DNA of 64,000 nucleotides from a virus (Duplodnaviria; Caudoviricetes): IMG/VR virus record IMGVR_UViG_3300032301_000632, positions 1 to 64,000 of that record; one strand, 5' to 3'. Shown piece by piece: positions 60,887 to 64,000 of this stretch (position 1 is its first letter; each line of letters starts with the position of its first letter). The notes under the pieces were generated by a model. It saw only the letters and a program-made list of their open reading frames with translations, ran no database searches and was not told where the DNA came from. The position numbers and the translations under genes were made by a program.

Positions 60887-63254
60887 AAGTAATAATATTG
60901 TTATTGTATGTGACTACATTAAATATATACACCGTTTTAAACTTTACTCCTACAGCTAGTATATCAGTAATATCTTTAACTAATTGAGGGTTATGTGAAA
61001 ATAGATATAATTCAATTATACCTCCTATTGAATTAACATCAATAAACTCTACTCCAGATAGAGTTCGAGTGTACACCCCTAAGTTAGGACTAGCTAATAG
61101 ATATTGTGCTAAATCTTCAAAAGTATTAATATTTAAAGATAAGTCAGTAAAAAGATTAGGATAATTTTCATAAATCTCATAGTCTGTATACACAGCATTT
61201 AGATATTTTATTAATTTAGAGAATTGATTACTATATAGACCTACTCTACTTTCTAGTAAAATTTTATATACTTTATCATTTTGGAGGAACTTTCTACTTA
61301 ATCCTTTTGAAGAGCCCCAGTTATCTAAGTATTTTCCTTGTGCTTTACTTAAAGCTAGTGAATTTTTTAATAAAGCATAACTCAAATACCAAGAGTAAGT
61401 ATACTCAACAATCCCTCTCCAGATACTATCAATAACCGATTCTTCATTTTTATCATTGTCTAAAAATATTGGTGCTAGTTTTTGCAGTCTAGCTAGCTCC
61501 ATATCTCTAAAGTGTATACTCTCTCTAGAGTAAGTATAAAATTTAGAAACTAAATTAGGTAAATTGTACCCGTCTAAAGATAATAAATAAGAGGTAGTTA
61601 CTAACAAACTAGGTGAGCCATCAATGGTATATAATCCATCTCCTATCACAGAACACTTATCTTGTATATCCCATTCTTTACTACTCAAATCTGCAATAGG
61701 ATTTTCTACTAGTGAGTAAACATAACTAGATAAAGCTATCTCGTATTCTAATAAATTAACATTATATGCTTTAGCTAATTGAGTTTGCCAAAATAGTGTA
61801 GATGTCTGCTTATGCATAGTATACATTAACATTGAGCATACATAGGTTATATTATTTTCTGATGGTCGAATAACCTTATTAGCATTTAAAGTTGTCTCTA
61901 ATGCAGCTAATAGTAGATGTATCCGTTCGCTATATCTAACACATATGTAGTCTGAGAAAAAGAAATAAGTCATAACTGAGCAGCTATAACTATATGTGTT
62001 TGTTGTAAACCCTGAATCAAGAACAGTAGTAACGCTTAAACCTAAATCTATATTTGTTGTAAAGAGTAGTAAATTAGCTATAGAATTTATTAAATCTTCT
62101 ACACCTTCTGGTGGATTTATATTATTTGGTATTTTCCTATTACAGAAATACTCACATGCTCTCAGTACTGCTAACCCTAACCAAGCATTATCATAAACGC
62201 TTCGTTCCCCATCAAGTAAACAGTTTATCGATAACTCTGGCTCTCTAGGTAATAAACTAGGCAACCCATAAGTAGCAGTACTAATATTATTGAAATAAAC
62301 TAACTCGGTTAAACATGAGTATAATAGCTCATCTTGATTAGTAGCTATTAAGCCTAAAATCCCCCATGCTACTTCAATGAGTTTAGTATTTGACATATTT
62401 ATCCCAATGTTGCTACATGGTAAGTAACCGCGATTTGGTAAAGGTAAATATGATTGACTTATTATCTTGTCTAATACAGTACTCTTATCATTTTTATATG
62501 TCATGTATACAACCCCCTGTGGAATGTAGTTTACTACTGCAACATAGTTCTCAGGATTGTAATAGTCTTGATGGACTACACTGTCAGTATACACTGTAGT
62601 TGCTAGTGGGCTATCATCTAAAAATCTAGTAGGGTCAATACTAAGTGGTTCCCAAACTGTTAACTCCTTGGGTTTAGGTAAGAAAAACTTCTGTAAACTT
62701 ATCTCCTTATCTTCTTCTGTATGAAGTGTTTCACTATTGTCATAGTAAAATGTTCTAGTGCATGAGCCAATCTCTAAAGGGATTCGTATACTAGCATTGA
62801 ATTGGTTTACTACTATATTGCTATCTAGTTTGTAATTTTCAACTATATTGTGAGAAGTACTACTATTATAGTAATAAACGCCACTATTAACTTTTAATTC
62901 TATGATACAGCTAGTATCGTAGTCTATAGTAAAATACTCATCAATAATGGTGTTTAAAAGAAACCCATCTTCTTTAGTTATAGTACGAATTTCTAGAGGG
63001 TCAGACTCACTAGCAGAGTTATCTTTAGTTGTTCTAAAGTATAAATCATTATCTTCATAATCTGGTAAATATGTATAATCTAAATTGTTATAGTATTTGT
63101 ACGAGAAGTTTAATAAAGTTGGAGAGAATTGTATATATATTGCATTAGGAGTATCTACAGGATGTGAGAAAACTGTAGATGTTAGAAGAGGACGTAGCCA
63201 CTCATCTATATATGTTATATCCTGAATTAGTTGTGTAAAAAATAAACTATACAT
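60879..63254 (-). CDS. Baseplate wedge (gpI-like C-terminus) with large N-terminal and central extra domains
   Basis: AQGKYLDNWG..KGL.R...ND..Y..LL near the C-terminus; central VAWGILG and SVYDNAWLGLA helical segment. Confidence 0.6.
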   Translation of the reverse strand: MYSLFFTQLIQDITYIDEWLRPLLTSTVFSHPVDTPNAIYIQFSPTLLNFSYKYYNNLDYTYLPDYEDNDLYFRTTKDNSASESDPLEIRTITKEDGFLLNTIIDEYFTIDYDTSCIIELKVNSGVYYYNSSTSHNIVENYKLDSNIVVNQFNASIRIPLEIGSCTRTFYYDNSETLHTEEDKEISLQKFFLPKPKELTVWEPLSIDPTRFLDDSPLATTVYTDSVVHQDYYNPENYVAVVNYIPQGVVYMTYKNDKSTVLDKIISQSYLPLPNRGYLPCSNIGINMSNTKLIEVAWGILGLIATNQDELLYSCLTELVYFNNISTATYGLPSLLPREPELSINCLLDGERSVYDNAWLGLAVLRACEYFCNRKIPNNINPPEGVEDLINSIANLLLFTTNIDLGLSVTTVLDSGFTTNTYSYSCSVMTYFFFSDYICVRYSERIHLLLAALETTLNANKVIRPSENNITYVCSMLMYTMHKQTSTLFWQTQLAKAYNVNLLEYEIALSSYVYSLVENPIADLSSKEWDIQDKCSVIGDGLYTIDGSPSLLVTTSYLLSLDGYNLPNLVSKFYTYSRESIHFRDMELARLQKLAPIFLDNDKNEESVIDSIWRGIVEYTYSWYLSYALLKNSLALSKAQGKYLDNWGSSKGLSRKFLQNDKVYKILLESRVGLYSNQFSKLIKYLNAVYTDYEIYENYPNLFTDLSLNINTFEDLAQYLLASPNLGVYTRTLSGVEFIDVNSIGGIIELYLFSHNPQLVKDITDILAVGVKFKTVYIFNVVTYNNNIITYV

Positions 63255-64000
63255 TTAGTGCTACAGTTATATTATCTGCTCTTATAATCTCTCCATAATC
63301 AGGGAATATATTCTCTGATGGTTCTATTATTTTTAAGTATACCGCTTCTGTATTATTTTTAATATAGGCCTCTAAAGATGCTATAGACAAAGGGGCTTCG
63401 ACTTCTAGTGTATTTAAATAATCAGAGAGTAGAGTACTGATTATTTGAGCAGTGGTATTCTCTGCTTTTATAGTAAAATCAACTTTTTTTATACTAGCTT
63501 GTACAACTGTAGTCAATATCCCTGCTGCTCGATGTTCTTCAACTACTTTAGATAAAATTTCAATATGTGCATTTTGTAGAGGTATGTCAGCTTCAACCCA
63601 TACTGTTAAAAATCCAGGTATAGGAACTTGAAATCCAATCCACTTAATATAATCAAATTTATATAACTCTTGGCTTAAGGCTCTAGAATTTGTAGACTTA
63701 CTAAATAATAAAAAATTCCTTAATCTATATCTAAATTCAGTATCTGTTTCTGTATCCGTTCCACTAGATAAGTCTCCTCCAATATTAGAGTTTAAATCTC
63801 TATAACTACCTACTCTGTAAGAAACCTCATCATTTTTAGTAGACACTAACATAGTTCCAGCTTTCAAATTATACTTCTTACCTTTACTAGTTGCTTTGAT
63901 CGGTACTTTAGTTTCAACTATACTGTTAACCACAGTTGAACTAGTAACTATATATTGATAACCATTATCTGGATTAGTTAAAACTGTATTAGCTTGAATA
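63247..64000 (-). CDS. Baseplate J-like protein, truncated at the window edge
   Basis: V.IKA...G..YNL.AG, GGDLSSGTDTETDTEFRYRL, VEEHRAAGI; the frame stays open from 63933 to 64000 (IQANTVLTNPDNGYQY...). Confidence 0.85.
   Translation of the reverse strand, partial: IQANTVLTNPDNGYQYIVTSSTVVNSIVETKVPIKATSKGKKYNLKAGTMLVSTKNDEVSYRVGSYRDLNSNIGGDLSSGTDTETDTEFRYRLRNFLLFSKSTNSRALSQELYKFDYIKWIGFQVPIPGFLTVWVEADIPLQNAHIEILSKVVEEHRAAGILTTVVQASIKKVDFTIKAENTTAQIISTLLSDYLNTLEVEAPLSIASLEAYIKNNTEAVYLKIIEPSENIFPDYGEIIRADNITVALNV

Noticed and set aside
57052..62599. Plus-strand ORFs at 57052, 61996 and 62390
   Set aside because: They are antisense to tightly coupled structural genes and show no coding signal
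1..64000. Stop-codon reassignment (alternative genetic code)
   Set aside because: The standard code gives dense, abutting genes and a 9,530-codon ORF, and TAG and TGA both terminate well-supported genes

Overview
64 kb of an AT-rich (about one third G+C by eye), gene-dense, large tailed phage, or a prophage/phage-plasmid. It is most likely a contractile-tailed virus of a cyanobacterium. Host evidence: a cyanobacterial-type C39 peptidase, a monomeric class II RNR, a CpcS/CpeS-like bilin lyase, and at least seven HIP1 (GCGATCGC) octamers. There are two converging arms. Positions 446-23010 (+ strand) hold replication, nucleotide-metabolism and accessory genes: SF2 helicase, primase, degenerate RNase HII-like protein, RuvC-like resolvase, PD-(D/E)XK nuclease, HU fusion, NrdJ with two mini-inteins, J-domain protein, dUTPase, bilin lyase-like protein, paired antirepressor-like genes and a lipase. 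Positions 22962-64000 (- strand) hold virion genes: baseplate J/I/fibre-collar-like trio, large terminase, fibre-like protein, glycosyltransferase, and a 28.6 kb ORF encoding a 9,530-aa protein. That giant protein is the standout. It carries tandem PLD-family domains, two zincin HExxH domains, a possible edema-factor-like nucleotidyltransferase/cyclase domain, about 2,500 aa of internal repeats and a C-terminal Amidase_3 domain, set in a tape-measure-like Ala/Gly-rich helical scaffold. All assignments come from motif recognition by eye; no database searches were run.
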